Shown one piece after another: positions 1 through 9,384 of a stretch of DNA of 64,000 nt (the stretch's first letter is position 1; every line of letters begins with the position of its first letter). The stretch is from assembly GCA_965203055.1 (NCBI GenBank), contig OZ241863.1, positions 3,296,001-3,360,000 of the forward strand, read 5' to 3'. The stretch is from Spirochaetia bacterium (GTDB taxonomy: Bacteria; Spirochaetota; Spirochaetia; SZUA-6; Bin103). A program made the translations under genes and the position numbers. Under the pieces are notes generated by a model. The model saw only the letters and a list, made by a program, of their open reading frames with translations. It was not told where the DNA came from and did no database searches.

Positions 1-304
1 CAAAGTGAGCAGCGAAGTCGGCCCCCTTCTGAAGCTGCACCGACACGTGGGATACCTCGGCCCTGCCGCTCTTGAGCTCCAGCGGAACCGTGACCACGTG
101 ACGTTCGTCAGCAGCCGGATAGAAGACAACGAAATCACATCTGCTCCCTTCCCATCGATGAGCGGGAAACGCCAAGTCCGCGTCAACGATGATCCGTTGA
201 TCCGGAAGACCGGTGTCGTCGACGCCGCACTCATCCCGGCTCAACGACTGACTGATATTGCGTTCGCCTACCGCCGACCGGATTCCATCGAGAACCTCAT
301 TCAT
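1..304 (-). CDS. Putative PD-(D/E)xK-like nuclease, partner of the upstream ABC ATPase (3' end outside window)
   Basis: Not in the ORF track. Manual translation from ATG 304: MNEVLDGIRSAVGERN...SRCDFVVFYP...VPLELKSGRAEVSHVSVQLQKGADFAAHF, open to the window edge. ATGA overlap with the ATPase stop. CDF...ELK...QL pattern. Confidence 0.6.
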   Translation of the reverse strand, partial: MNEVLDGIRSAVGERNISQSLSRDECGVDDTGLPDQRIIVDADLAFPAHRWEGSRCDFVVFYPAADERHVVTVPLELKSGRAEVSHVSVQLQKGADFAAHF

Positions 305-1824
305 GGATCGCTCGACACCTCCAACCTGTTCTGCAGATCGGCAGATCGGTTGTAGAGTTCCTCCGCTACGTCGTAGTATTCGTCTGGTTCCACGCCTTCG
401 CTGCGGTCGAACGGAATCTCCTGAATGGTTGATCCTTGATCTGTTCCGTCCTGACGAAACAGCCATACTCCTACCTCGTTCGGATGCAGTGCGCTCGGTA
501 GCGCCGACTCGGAAGGCTGCTTTCCCAATTGCTCCTCAAGTTCCCCTTCCCGTATGAGAATTCCGATCTGCTTCAACAGCCAATCGCTATGAGTGGTGAT
601 GAGCACCCGGATCCCCGCGCGGACAAGCCCCGCCAACGTCTTTGCGACTTGTGTCTGCGCCGCCGGATGAAGGTGAGCCTCCGGCTCCTCTATGATCAAG
701 GTATCTCCAACATGGATGACACCGGTGAGAAACAGGACCAAGGGAGCAATCTCCAAGATCATCGACGAAGCTCGCGTCAAGGGAATATCCTGTCTTGTTC
801 CAAGCGGGCGGTACGCAAAGTTCACGTAGCCTCCCGGCATGGTGCGGATGCCTATCCGTCCTACCAACGTCTCTTGTTGAAGAACGGATGCCAGATCTTG
901 TAGAATTTCATTATGGGGCGTCCGGTCATCTGCTCTGTACAGAACGATCCTTCGCATGAAGTCTGCAACGACCCCCGAGAGTGTAGGAATACCGGGAATG
1001 CTGTCTGATGTTCCACGGGTGGAGCGAATTATGAGTGAACCTGCAATAACTTGTAGAGTTTGCATGATACCGCTTCGAACCGCCGGCAAGTAATGGATTT
1101 CAGCTGGTCTGATGAGATCCTCGGTAAGAGATACCAGAGTGGCCATTTCTTCTAGAATGGAGTAAACCGATGCTCTCCTGTTCCTTATTAGAAAATTCGA
1201 CAGTCTACTCCGATTTATGTCAGAACTTCGAGATCGACCGATTTCGGGAATCAATACGAAGTCATCGACCTCCCCGGACACAGTACTGCGTTCATCCAAC
1301 AGGCTCATGTTCATATGCCAGAGAATGTTGCCACTACTCGGTACCTGAAGATTGATCTTGATATCGTTCTCGGATGACGATGTACGGACGAGCTCGGACA
1401 GACTGGCCGAGTCGAAACATCGATTAAGTTCAGACTCTAGATCAACACCGGATTCTTCCACGTTGGTCTTCAATGCGCTACGCAGGCCGACGGGCAAGTC
1501 GTGGTACATGAATGGCTCCCGGGTTTCGGTCAGAGTCCTGATAAACTGAGAGTAACTTTCTTCGGACAACGATGATCGATAGTACGGAGATCGAAATCTG
1601 CGAGGGAAAATGGGGAAGGGACGAAGATCACCAAGTACTTTGTGCAGCGCGTATATCAGGATGGACATGTACGTTTTGCCGGTATTGCTAGGACCGACGA
1701 ACACGGTGAGAGGCCGCAGAGCCACCAGTCCATGGGCGATTGGACCGAGATCGCGTACTTCGATCTGAACGTCAGCCCCCGAGCGGTCTTGCTGATGTTC
1801 AACGGTGTTCCTGCGTACGCTCAT
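301..1824 (-). CDS. ABC-type/AAA_15-AAA_21 ATPase
   Basis: Walker A GPSNTGKT, Walker B/D-loop LIIEEPEAHLHP, H-loop ITTHSD. Central region is lower in GC. Confidence 0.9.
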   Translation of the reverse strand: MSVRRNTVEHQQDRSGADVQIEVRDLGPIAHGLVALRPLTVFVGPSNTGKTYMSILIYALHKVLGDLRPFPIFPRRFRSPYYRSSLSEESYSQFIRTLTETREPFMYHDLPVGLRSALKTNVEESGVDLESELNRCFDSASLSELVRTSSSENDIKINLQVPSSGNILWHMNMSLLDERSTVSGEVDDFVLIPEIGRSRSSDINRSRLSNFLIRNRRASVYSILEEMATLVSLTEDLIRPAEIHYLPAVRSGIMQTLQVIAGSLIIRSTRGTSDSIPGIPTLSGVVADFMRRIVLYRADDRTPHNEILQDLASVLQQETLVGRIGIRTMPGGYVNFAYRPLGTRQDIPLTRASSMILEIAPLVLFLTGVIHVGDTLIIEEPEAHLHPAAQTQVAKTLAGLVRAGIRVLITTHSDWLLKQIGILIREGELEEQLGKQPSESALPSALHPNEVGVWLFRQDGTDQGSTIQEIPFDRSEGVEPDEYYDVAEELYNRSADLQNRLEVSSDP

Positions 1825-2603
1825 AGTAGCTTTACCTCAGCTTCAGTCGGAGTTGCGCTATATGGCAACTGGCGCCACGGTCTGCCGTCGATCGTTGCGT
1901 GGTCGCCGCCGCGTTTGTTGCGGACGCCGCCGAGTTGCTTGAGAAAGAAGGGGGTGTCGGTTCGGACCGACTGATCGCGCAGGGCGCGCGCCCATTCGAT
2001 GCGCATCGGCCTCGCGCCGGGGCCGCTCTCACCGCCGGCGATTACCCAGTGGAGCGTCCCGTCCGACAGCCACGGGGTGAGGTCGAGCGGCGCGAGCAGC
2101 GGTTCGGCGGATACGAACCGGACCGGGGCCGGCAGGCGGGCCAGCACGGTCAGTCGCGGAGCGTACTTCTGATTCTCTACGGATGTCCCGATCCAGATGT
2201 TGGCAGGCCATCCGCGCGGGAACCGATCCCGATAGCGGGACCACCAATGGACGGCGCGGCCGGGCCGCTTGGTGAGGACCTGGAAAATATGCCCGCGCCG
2301 CGCCGCAGATTCGACCATCACCGAGAATATATCGGTGAGGAAGTCGAATGGCACGCGCGGATGGAACAGGTCGGACATGCTGTTCACGAATACCAGGCGT
2401 CGGGTCCGCCACGTGAGCGGCGTCTTGAGGCGTTCCGGCAGGATGCGAACGGTATCGGGCGTCGTATCGTAGCCGGCGACCCCCATGGCTCGCAACCGCG
2501 GATACAGGGCATACATGTAGCAGTGATCGCAGCCGGGGGAGATCTTGGTGCACCCGGTCACGGGATTCCAGGTCTCGTCAGTCCACTCTATCGCCGATGC
2601 CAT
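1821..2603 (-). CDS. DUF5131 / phage Gp37-Gp68 family protein (three-Cys motif)
   Basis: IEWTDETWNPVTGCTKISPGCDHCY, FVNSMSDLFH, FQVLTKRP, RFVSAEPLL, WVIAGGESG, PFFLKQLGG. Confidence 0.92.
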   Translation of the reverse strand: MASAIEWTDETWNPVTGCTKISPGCDHCYMYALYPRLRAMGVAGYDTTPDTVRILPERLKTPLTWRTRRLVFVNSMSDLFHPRVPFDFLTDIFSVMVESAARRGHIFQVLTKRPGRAVHWWSRYRDRFPRGWPANIWIGTSVENQKYAPRLTVLARLPAPVRFVSAEPLLAPLDLTPWLSDGTLHWVIAGGESGPGARPMRIEWARALRDQSVRTDTPFFLKQLGGVRNKRGGDHATIDGRPWRQLPYSATPTEAEVKLL

Positions 2604-2675
2604 GAATCCTCACATGTTTGCACAAGTATACCAGCATCCGGTGCAGGAACACGCGGGTAATGTCCGAAATACCCA

Positions 2676-5180
2676 TCAGCGTCCCACCGCCACCGGGGCT
2701 TGGATTTTGTTGGCAACCGCGGTGTAGAGATCGACGTCGACTTCAGGTGCCGTGATGCTGACGACCAAGGCGTAACGAGCGGCACGCTCGTCGCGTTTGA
2801 GCCCGGGGCGCGATTTCCACCAACCCAGTGTCGGATAGACGGCCATGACTGCGCGGCTCGCCAGCTCGGCGGCGCTCCCGCGCCAGATGTCGCTATGCAG
2901 GGAGCCTCGATGGCGAGACTGTTTACCGATCGTCCAGTTAGGATCATCGCCGCCCCGAGTCATTCCCGCCTCATCATCGCGTGCCGCAGCGTTGATTCTG
3001 GTTCGAAAATCTTGGATCGATTCAGCGGGACGCTTGACATCGAATCGTAGGCCGTGTGACTCGTATCGATAACGTGAACGGTCGCCCCGTCGCGACGGAT
3101 TGGGCTCGATGAAGTATGACAGCGTAACCCGCATCGTGACCGGAGTATCGCCAAGATTTTCCAGAACGTCTTGCGGCCATGGCAAACGATGTACGTGCAT
3201 GTCACGGAGTGTAGCATGCTTTCCGATCTCTCGTTTGAAGGGATGCAGTCTCTCCTGGACTACCATCGTCAATGAGTTTGCGACACTCCAGAGGGCGCGG
3301 TCGAGACTCGGCACGCCGAAGCCGCATCGCTGCACGAGTCTACGGTAATCGGCCTTGGATGGTACCTTCCTCACTGGAAGAAAGGAGCGCTTCATGGCGT
3401 CGGTCCACTCCGCGGACTGAACGATCAGAGCGCGAATCGTTTCAGGCCAGAGGTCGGGGTAGGCAGCCATCACTTGCGCTGCCAACCGCGAAGCAAGAGC
3501 GGTTGCGGCGCTGGTGGCGTTGGCGGTGGTGAACATTCGTTCGTTCAGTCGATGATGGGTGGTCAACAGGCTAAGGCTGCGCATCCACACTGCGCTGAAG
3601 GCGTCCTTCGCGGCGTTGCCGCCTTCAAGTACCACGTCAGGCTTCAGCGGCCACCGCCGTTCCCACGTCAAAGAGGTTGTGCTGAACGGGCTCAGACCGC
3701 CTCTCGGGGCGACCGGATAGTAGCCGTCAGCATCGTCCTCGGTGATTTGCACAAGGTTGGTGTACGCCCCGACGGTGAGTACGTTCCATGCCTGAGCAGG
3801 GTCATGCACTCCTTCGATCTCGTTACCCTCCGGATAGTCCGACCATACGGCATTATCACTATTACCCGCGGACACGACCAGCAGGCGCGGATTGGCACCG
3901 TGTCCGGCGCTGGCGGCGGCCAGCGAATCGAGCGTGGCCGACCACGCCGATGGCCTGCCGCGGTCGCGGTTGTCGCGGGCCGTGACCGCCATTGAGAACA
4001 CCCGTGATCTGTGCAGTGCGGTGACCTCCGGCCTGGCCACGGCTTGCTCGGTGAGGTATCCGTGGTGTCGCGGGTTACCGCCATTGGTGCTCGTCCGCAA
4101 GAGTTTGACCGATTCCAGGCGGTGTTCGATATTCACGTTGTCACGTCCGCTGAGGAGATCAGTCAGATCGCCGAAGATAGCCAAACCCGCCATCGACGTA
4201 CCATGTCCATCGTCGTCTCCAACCAGCCACGCGGGTTCCACGGTATGGAGATCGGCGGTGTCAAGCGCATTTTTCAGCAAAGGATGGTCGCGCGTCACTC
4301 CTGTATCGAGTACACATACGTACGTCACCTCATCCGCATTGTTGACGAAAGATGTCCTCCCGCGTAAATCTTTGAGCCACTCATGCTGTTCAACGGGCTC
4401 TATAGAGTCGAAGAACTTGGCCGTCTCCTTGGGGCGCCGTAACTCCGCGATGCTGTTGAGCGTGAGCATGGAGCGCTGCATCTGTTCGACAGATGCGGAG
4501 ACAAGCAGTACCGTCCGCTCCGGGAAGTCTACGGTACCGGGCGCCACGCGCATTCCCTGTGCTGCCACGAGTGTGCGGAACGCGTCGACGGTTTCGCCTC
4601 TGTTCTGCCTGACCGGCAACCACACCTCCCACCACCAGATGGCGCCGTCGCCGACGGTTGGCAGAACGGCTCCGTCGTCAGTCCAAAGTGCTCGAAGGCT
4701 GGCCGCACGGATCTCTCGAATCGCATTGAGCAAGCGCTTGTTGTCGCGAGCCCGTCCTATGCTGTCTCGCTTTTCCGCCAAGTAGTCATTGATGAGATTC
4801 TCGAAGTGAACGAGCTTACCGTCAGGTACGAACACCGTGGCGCGGGTCCGACCGGCGTTGGAACGGACATTCAGCAGTTCGATCCCCGAACGCTCGCGCG
4901 CCAGGCTCTCGAACGCAAGCTCTATACCAGGAAAGCTCTCGAACTCGACTAGGAGCCCCAACCCTTCGTCCAATCCGGCTTGCTGTTGCGCGTTGCGTGC
5001 GGCTTCCGCTTGCGGACGGAGTGCGTCGAGCTGCCGCTGCAAAGCCGCCCCGTGCCTCTGACGATTCCACTCCGGTATCCAAGGCCGCTTGCCTCCCTGC
5101 CGCGGGGAACGGTATGACTCCACTTCGGTAACGCCGTCGAGGATGAAATGCCGATGCTGTTCTTCGGTCCCGTTCGCCAT
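2676..5180 (-). CDS. S8 family serine peptidase (IetS-like subtilase)
   Basis: Catalytic motifs VLDTG, DGHGT and NATSAA, plus SAGN and KPDVV. Lies directly downstream of an AAA+ ATPase. Confidence 0.88.
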   Translation of the reverse strand: MANGTEEQHRHFILDGVTEVESYRSPRQGGKRPWIPEWNRQRHGAALQRQLDALRPQAEAARNAQQQAGLDEGLGLLVEFESFPGIELAFESLARERSGIELLNVRSNAGRTRATVFVPDGKLVHFENLINDYLAEKRDSIGRARDNKRLLNAIREIRAASLRALWTDDGAVLPTVGDGAIWWWEVWLPVRQNRGETVDAFRTLVAAQGMRVAPGTVDFPERTVLLVSASVEQMQRSMLTLNSIAELRRPKETAKFFDSIEPVEQHEWLKDLRGRTSFVNNADEVTYVCVLDTGVTRDHPLLKNALDTADLHTVEPAWLVGDDDGHGTSMAGLAIFGDLTDLLSGRDNVNIEHRLESVKLLRTSTNGGNPRHHGYLTEQAVARPEVTALHRSRVFSMAVTARDNRDRGRPSAWSATLDSLAAASAGHGANPRLLVVSAGNSDNAVWSDYPEGNEIEGVHDPAQAWNVLTVGAYTNLVQITEDDADGYYPVAPRGGLSPFSTTSLTWERRWPLKPDVVLEGGNAAKDAFSAVWMRSLSLLTTHHRLNERMFTTANATSAATALASRLAAQVMAAYPDLWPETIRALIVQSAEWTDAMKRSFLPVRKVPSKADYRRLVQRCGFGVPSLDRALWSVANSLTMVVQERLHPFKREIGKHATLRDMHVHRLPWPQDVLENLGDTPVTMRVTLSYFIEPNPSRRGDRSRYRYESHGLRFDVKRPAESIQDFRTRINAAARDDEAGMTRGGDDPNWTIGKQSRHRGSLHSDIWRGSAAELASRAVMAVYPTLGWWKSRPGLKRDERAARYALVVSITAPEVDVDLYTAVANKIQAPVAVGR

Positions 5181-5183
5181 GCG

Positions 5184-6185
5184 CTAGGCCTTCGTAGTCA
5201 GTTGGGCGGCGATGGTTCGGCGTTCGTCGAGCATCGCGTTGATCTTGGCTTCGCAAACCCGTCCGGTTGGGGTGTTGAGCAGCGCATCCTTCAAGGCTTC
5301 GTCCGCGGCGCGGGCGATGTCGGCGTGGCTCAGGCCGACCGCCGCCGAGGCGAGGCGTCCCCATGCCAGTCGCTTGACGGCGGTCCGCGCCAACCGCATC
5401 TTCAACAGCTTGGCGATCTGCGCCGCGTCGGGGAGCTCGTAGTACAGCACGTCGTCGAAGCGCCGGAACAGGGCGGGATCGAGGATGTCGGAATGATTGG
5501 TGGCCGCCACGACCATGCTGTGCGAGCGTTCCTGCTCGATCATCTGCAGGAAGCTGTTCAGCACCCGGCGGATTTCTCCTACGTCGTTGGCGAGGCCGCG
5601 TTGCGACCCGATGGCGTCGAACTCATCGAAGAAATAGACCCCCCGCGTGCGGCTCGTCGAGTCGAATATCTGCCTGAGACGGGCCGCGGTCTCTCCCATG
5701 TACTTGGTGATGAGCGAGTCGAGCCGAACCTGGAGCAGGGTCAGCCCCAGCTCGCCGGCCAGCGCCGAAGCGGTCATGGTCTTGCCGGTGCCGGACGGTC
5801 CGACCAACAGGAGCTTGCTGCGGGGCGCAAGGCCCTGTTCGATGATCCGGGCGGCGTGACGTTGCTCGCGGATGACTCGCTCGATCTGCTGCGCCACGCC
5901 GTTGCCCAGGACCAGGTCGCCGAGGCGGCACTTCGGGTAGGACGCATCGAGCAATCCGGTGGGCAGGCCGCGAGCGTTCGGCGTCGCCAGAGGCCCGCCG
6001 GCGAGCGCCCGCGCGTCGCGGCCGTTCTTGGCCTGGTCGACCAGCGCGCGCAGTTCCACGGCGAGCTTGCCGTGGCCGACTCTGGCCTCGTGGGCAGCTA
6101 CCTGCAGGGCGACCGACAGGAAGCGCTCCTCATCGCCTTCCAGGTGCGACTTGAGCAGTGCCTTGAGCTGTTCAGCGCTAGCCAT
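5184..6185 (-). CDS. AAA+ ATPase (IetA-like)
   Basis: GPSGTGKT, FFDEFDAIG, VAATN, LDPALFRRFD. N-terminus MASAEQLKALLKSH...LQVAAHEAR is typical of protease-associated ATPases. Confidence 0.9.
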   Translation of the reverse strand: MASAEQLKALLKSHLEGDEERFLSVALQVAAHEARVGHGKLAVELRALVDQAKNGRDARALAGGPLATPNARGLPTGLLDASYPKCRLGDLVLGNGVAQQIERVIREQRHAARIIEQGLAPRSKLLLVGPSGTGKTMTASALAGELGLTLLQVRLDSLITKYMGETAARLRQIFDSTSRTRGVYFFDEFDAIGSQRGLANDVGEIRRVLNSFLQMIEQERSHSMVVAATNHSDILDPALFRRFDDVLYYELPDAAQIAKLLKMRLARTAVKRLAWGRLASAAVGLSHADIARAADEALKDALLNTPTGRVCEAKINAMLDERRTIAAQLTTKA

Positions 6186-6215
6186 GGGGCGTCGCGGACC
6201 ATCGCACGGGCGGGT

Positions 6216-9158
6216 TCATACGCGGAACACCTTCATTACTTCGTCGCCGAGGTGGTTGATGACCTTGACGGCGATGCGGCCCGACTCCGGGCGGTCGAAG
6301 GGACGGGAGGTGTCGCTGTGGAGGGTCTCCCAGGCGTCGCGGTCGATCTCGGCCTTGAGGGTGGTCTTCAGCGCCTTGTAGGGGTCGCTGGCGCCCAGGA
6401 AGTAGGCGTGGCGGACGAAGAAGCTCTCCTCGTCGTAGTCGGTGTCGATGAACCAGCAGGCGATGCCGTCAGGGCCGTCGCTGCGGACTTCGCCGGTGTT
6501 GGGATGGAACACGTCCACGCCGTTGACCTTGACCCGGAGGCGGTCGCCGGCGCCGCTGCCGTCCGCGACCTGCAGGAGGTCGATGTCGGGCTCGCCGAAG
6601 ATCACGAACAGGTTGCCTTTGCCGGTGTTCTTCAGGTCGCCGGCCATGTGCAGGTCGGCGTTCATGCGCGCCTTCAGGATCGGAATGCGGCCGAGGCGGG
6701 CGAGTTCGCCGGCGTGCGCGTCGTAGCTGAAGGCGCAGGCGATCAGCACGTCGTAGTCGGCGTCGGCGGCTTCGCGGGCGGCGGCGGCCAGGTCGGGGCG
6801 GGCGACGGTGCCGAACTCGGGGCCGATGAAGACGCCGGCGCGCCGTTCGGCGCCGGTGTCGGGGGCGCCCTCGAGGTAGCGCCCTTCGGCGCAGATCAGC
6901 TTGCCCGGCCAGGGGGTGAGGGCGGTGAAGGAGATGCGGTCTTCCTTGTGCGCCTGCTGGACGCCGGCGGTGCGCAGGTTTTCGAGGATCATGGCGGCGA
7001 AGTCGTGCTGGCCGCGGTCGTCGTAGCCGGTCTTGCGCTCGGCGAGGTGGTCGATCAGGTCGTCGTCCTCGTCCACGCCCAAGGTGCGGTGCGGCGCCAG
7101 GCTTTCCACGGTGAACGGGCCGGCCACGCGCACGATGCCCCGGTCTTCGTAGGGCTTGTCGTAGAGGTACTCGTAGTCCGCCTTGGCGGCGATGGAGGCG
7201 TCGATCTCCTGCTGGCGGGCGATGCGCGCGTCCCACCAGCGGCGGTGCAGGTCGGCGGGGCCGGCGTCCCACGGGTCGAGCGGTCGGTCCGGGACCGTCG
7301 CCGGCGAGTAGGTGCGGTTCAGCGCGCGGTTCAACGCCCGCAGCGCGGTCGCCTTGGCGGCGTCGGTCGGCGCGTCCTGAGTCCGCTGCCACGCCGCGGC
7401 GGCCGCGGCCGGCCACGGATCGCCCGGTTCGCGCGGGATTTCCCACTCTTCATAGATGCGGTCGAGGGCAGCGTTGAGTGCCGCGCGCAGCGGCTCCAGG
7501 GTCTCCTGCCAGCGCTCATGGATCACGTCGATCTCGGCGTTGTTGGCGATCGACTTGAGGGTGACGTGCGGCACGCGCTCGTACACGAACCCCTGCCGGA
7601 TGTCGCCGCTGGTCACGCTCTCGGACGGAACCGTCTGCGACAGTTCGGCTTCCTTGCGCCGCCCTTCCACACTGTCCGCCAGCAGGTAGTAGGGATAGCG
7701 CGCGCCCATCACGCGGGAGCGTGCCAAGGCCAGTGCGACGCGCGAGGTGTCGATGGTGATCCAGCGCCGCCCCCACTGCTCGGCCACGTAAGCGGTGGTC
7801 CCGGACCCGCAGGTAGGATCGAGCACGAGGTCGCCGGGATCGGTGGCCATCAGTATGCAACGCTGCGTAACTCGTATATTGGTTTGGACTACGTATATTA
7901 CGTCTTGCGCTCCCATAACATCGGTCCAAAGATTATTTAGTTCAGTTACTGGATGATCATTGAGAAAACGGATGAATCTTGGTGTACGACCACTGGAATA
8001 GAGTCTGCCAGCTCGAATTAAGCGCCACATATTATCTGCCGTTGTAGACCATTGACGATTAGAAGGTAGACGAAATACCTTCCCGTCTGCTTCTATTGTA
8101 GGATACAGACATGATTGTACGCCAGCATACATCGTGTGAAGTGACGTAGGCTGAAAAACCTTTGCGGTAGTATCCTCAGTGGAAAGCTTCTTCGTCGATA
8201 CTACTTCTCTATTCGGTCGGAGTGCATATCCGTACTGCGAAGCGGTACCGGATTCTTTCTTTTCTTGATAAAGACTACGAAACTTGGCGTCAGATCGAGA
8301 CTTTGCGTACCAGAGAATGAAGTCGGATACTCCAGTCAATCCGGACGATCCCAGTCCTCCGGTCTTCCGAACTGTAATCAACGAAAGGGCGTTCTCCGCA
8401 CCAAATACTTCATCCATCAGGGATCGAACGCGATGGACGTTCTCGTCGCCGATCTGCACGAAGATGCTGCCGCTCTCGGTGAGCAGGTCGCGCGCCACGG
8501 TCAGGCGGTCGCGCAGGTAGGTCAGGTAGGAGTGAATCCCGTCGCGCCACGTGTCGCGGAACGCCTTGACCTGCTCGGGTTCGCGGGTGATGTGTTCGGC
8601 TTTGCCGTCCTTCACGTCGCGGCTGGTGGTGGACCACTGGAAGTTGGAGTTGAACTTGATGCCGTAGGGCGGGTCGAGGTAGATGCACTGCACCGCGCCG
8701 CGCAGCCCCTCGCGCTCGGCCAGCGACGCCATCACCTGCAGGCTGTCGCCCAGGATCATGCGATTCGACCAGTTGGCGTCGTGGCGGTAGAACTCGGTGC
8801 GGGCATCACCGTCCGGCAGGCCGTTGAAGTCGGCGAACAGGTCGATCTGGTCGTCCGCGGCGCGCTCGCTCGCCTTGCTGCGCCGCAGCAGGTCGTCGAT
8901 CAGGGCCTTGGGGTGGACCTTCTCCTGGATGAACAGCGGGGGCGCCTGGACCACGAGGTCGGACCAGTCCTGCTCGTCCTTGCCGCGCCACACGAGTTGC
9001 GGATCGAGATCCTGGTTGCGCCGCTGATACGCCACCCGGACCGGGTGCTGATCGGCCTTCTCCATCAGCGACCGGTACTCGGCGGTGGGAATGTTCTTGC
9101 GCGACGCCTCGTCGTGCGTAATGGTCTCGACGGCCTTGGCCGCCCTGCGCTTCGCCAT
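6216..9158 (-). CDS. mod: Type III restriction-modification methyltransferase (Mod)
   Basis: Motif IV YLDPPYG and motif I VLDPTCGSGTT. C-terminus IAVKVINHLGDEVMKVF. Cognate res gene lies upstream. Confidence 0.92.
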   Translation of the reverse strand: MAKRRAAKAVETITHDEASRKNIPTAEYRSLMEKADQHPVRVAYQRRNQDLDPQLVWRGKDEQDWSDLVVQAPPLFIQEKVHPKALIDDLLRRSKASERAADDQIDLFADFNGLPDGDARTEFYRHDANWSNRMILGDSLQVMASLAEREGLRGAVQCIYLDPPYGIKFNSNFQWSTTSRDVKDGKAEHITREPEQVKAFRDTWRDGIHSYLTYLRDRLTVARDLLTESGSIFVQIGDENVHRVRSLMDEVFGAENALSLITVRKTGGLGSSGLTGVSDFILWYAKSRSDAKFRSLYQEKKESGTASQYGYALRPNREVVSTKKLSTEDTTAKVFQPTSLHTMYAGVQSCLYPTIEADGKVFRLPSNRQWSTTADNMWRLIRAGRLYSSGRTPRFIRFLNDHPVTELNNLWTDVMGAQDVIYVVQTNIRVTQRCILMATDPGDLVLDPTCGSGTTAYVAEQWGRRWITIDTSRVALALARSRVMGARYPYYLLADSVEGRRKEAELSQTVPSESVTSGDIRQGFVYERVPHVTLKSIANNAEIDVIHERWQETLEPLRAALNAALDRIYEEWEIPREPGDPWPAAAAAAWQRTQDAPTDAAKATALRALNRALNRTYSPATVPDRPLDPWDAGPADLHRRWWDARIARQQEIDASIAAKADYEYLYDKPYEDRGIVRVAGPFTVESLAPHRTLGVDEDDDLIDHLAERKTGYDDRGQHDFAAMILENLRTAGVQQAHKEDRISFTALTPWPGKLICAEGRYLEGAPDTGAERRAGVFIGPEFGTVARPDLAAAAREAADADYDVLIACAFSYDAHAGELARLGRIPILKARMNADLHMAGDLKNTGKGNLFVIFGEPDIDLLQVADGSGAGDRLRVKVNGVDVFHPNTGEVRSDGPDGIACWFIDTDYDEESFFVRHAYFLGASDPYKALKTTLKAEIDRDAWETLHSDTSRPFDRPESGRIAVKVINHLGDEVMKVFRV

Positions 9159-9234
9159 CTACGGATGATCCTTCTCGGTCTCGGCCGACAGGCTGCGCAC
9201 CGCCGGCACCGGCGCGCGCGGTTCGATCGCGGTG

Positions 9235-9312
9235 TTACACATCGATCGCATCTCCCTGTTGGTGTCGATGGCCAAGTCTACCGGTCTCCCCACAAGTCTT
9301 CCAGATACTCCC
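9235..9312 (-). pseudogene. C-terminal remnant of an MNT-family nucleotidyltransferase
   Basis: Reads EYLEDL / VGRPVDL / DAIDV* across frameshifts, matching the usual MNT C-terminus. Confidence 0.45.
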
Positions 9313-9384
9313 GGGTGGGCGGCGGGGCGCCGCGCGCCCATGCAAAAGCGCCGCCGACGCCGCGCCGTTGTAGGGGGCAGAGAA

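Noticed and set aside
5148..7940. 930-aa plus-strand ORF, and similar long ORFs at 17064-19937, 19925-22501, 39876-42284, 52558-54408 and 60991-62835
   Set aside because: Antisense shadows of well-supported genes in high-GC DNA, with no recognisable motifs.
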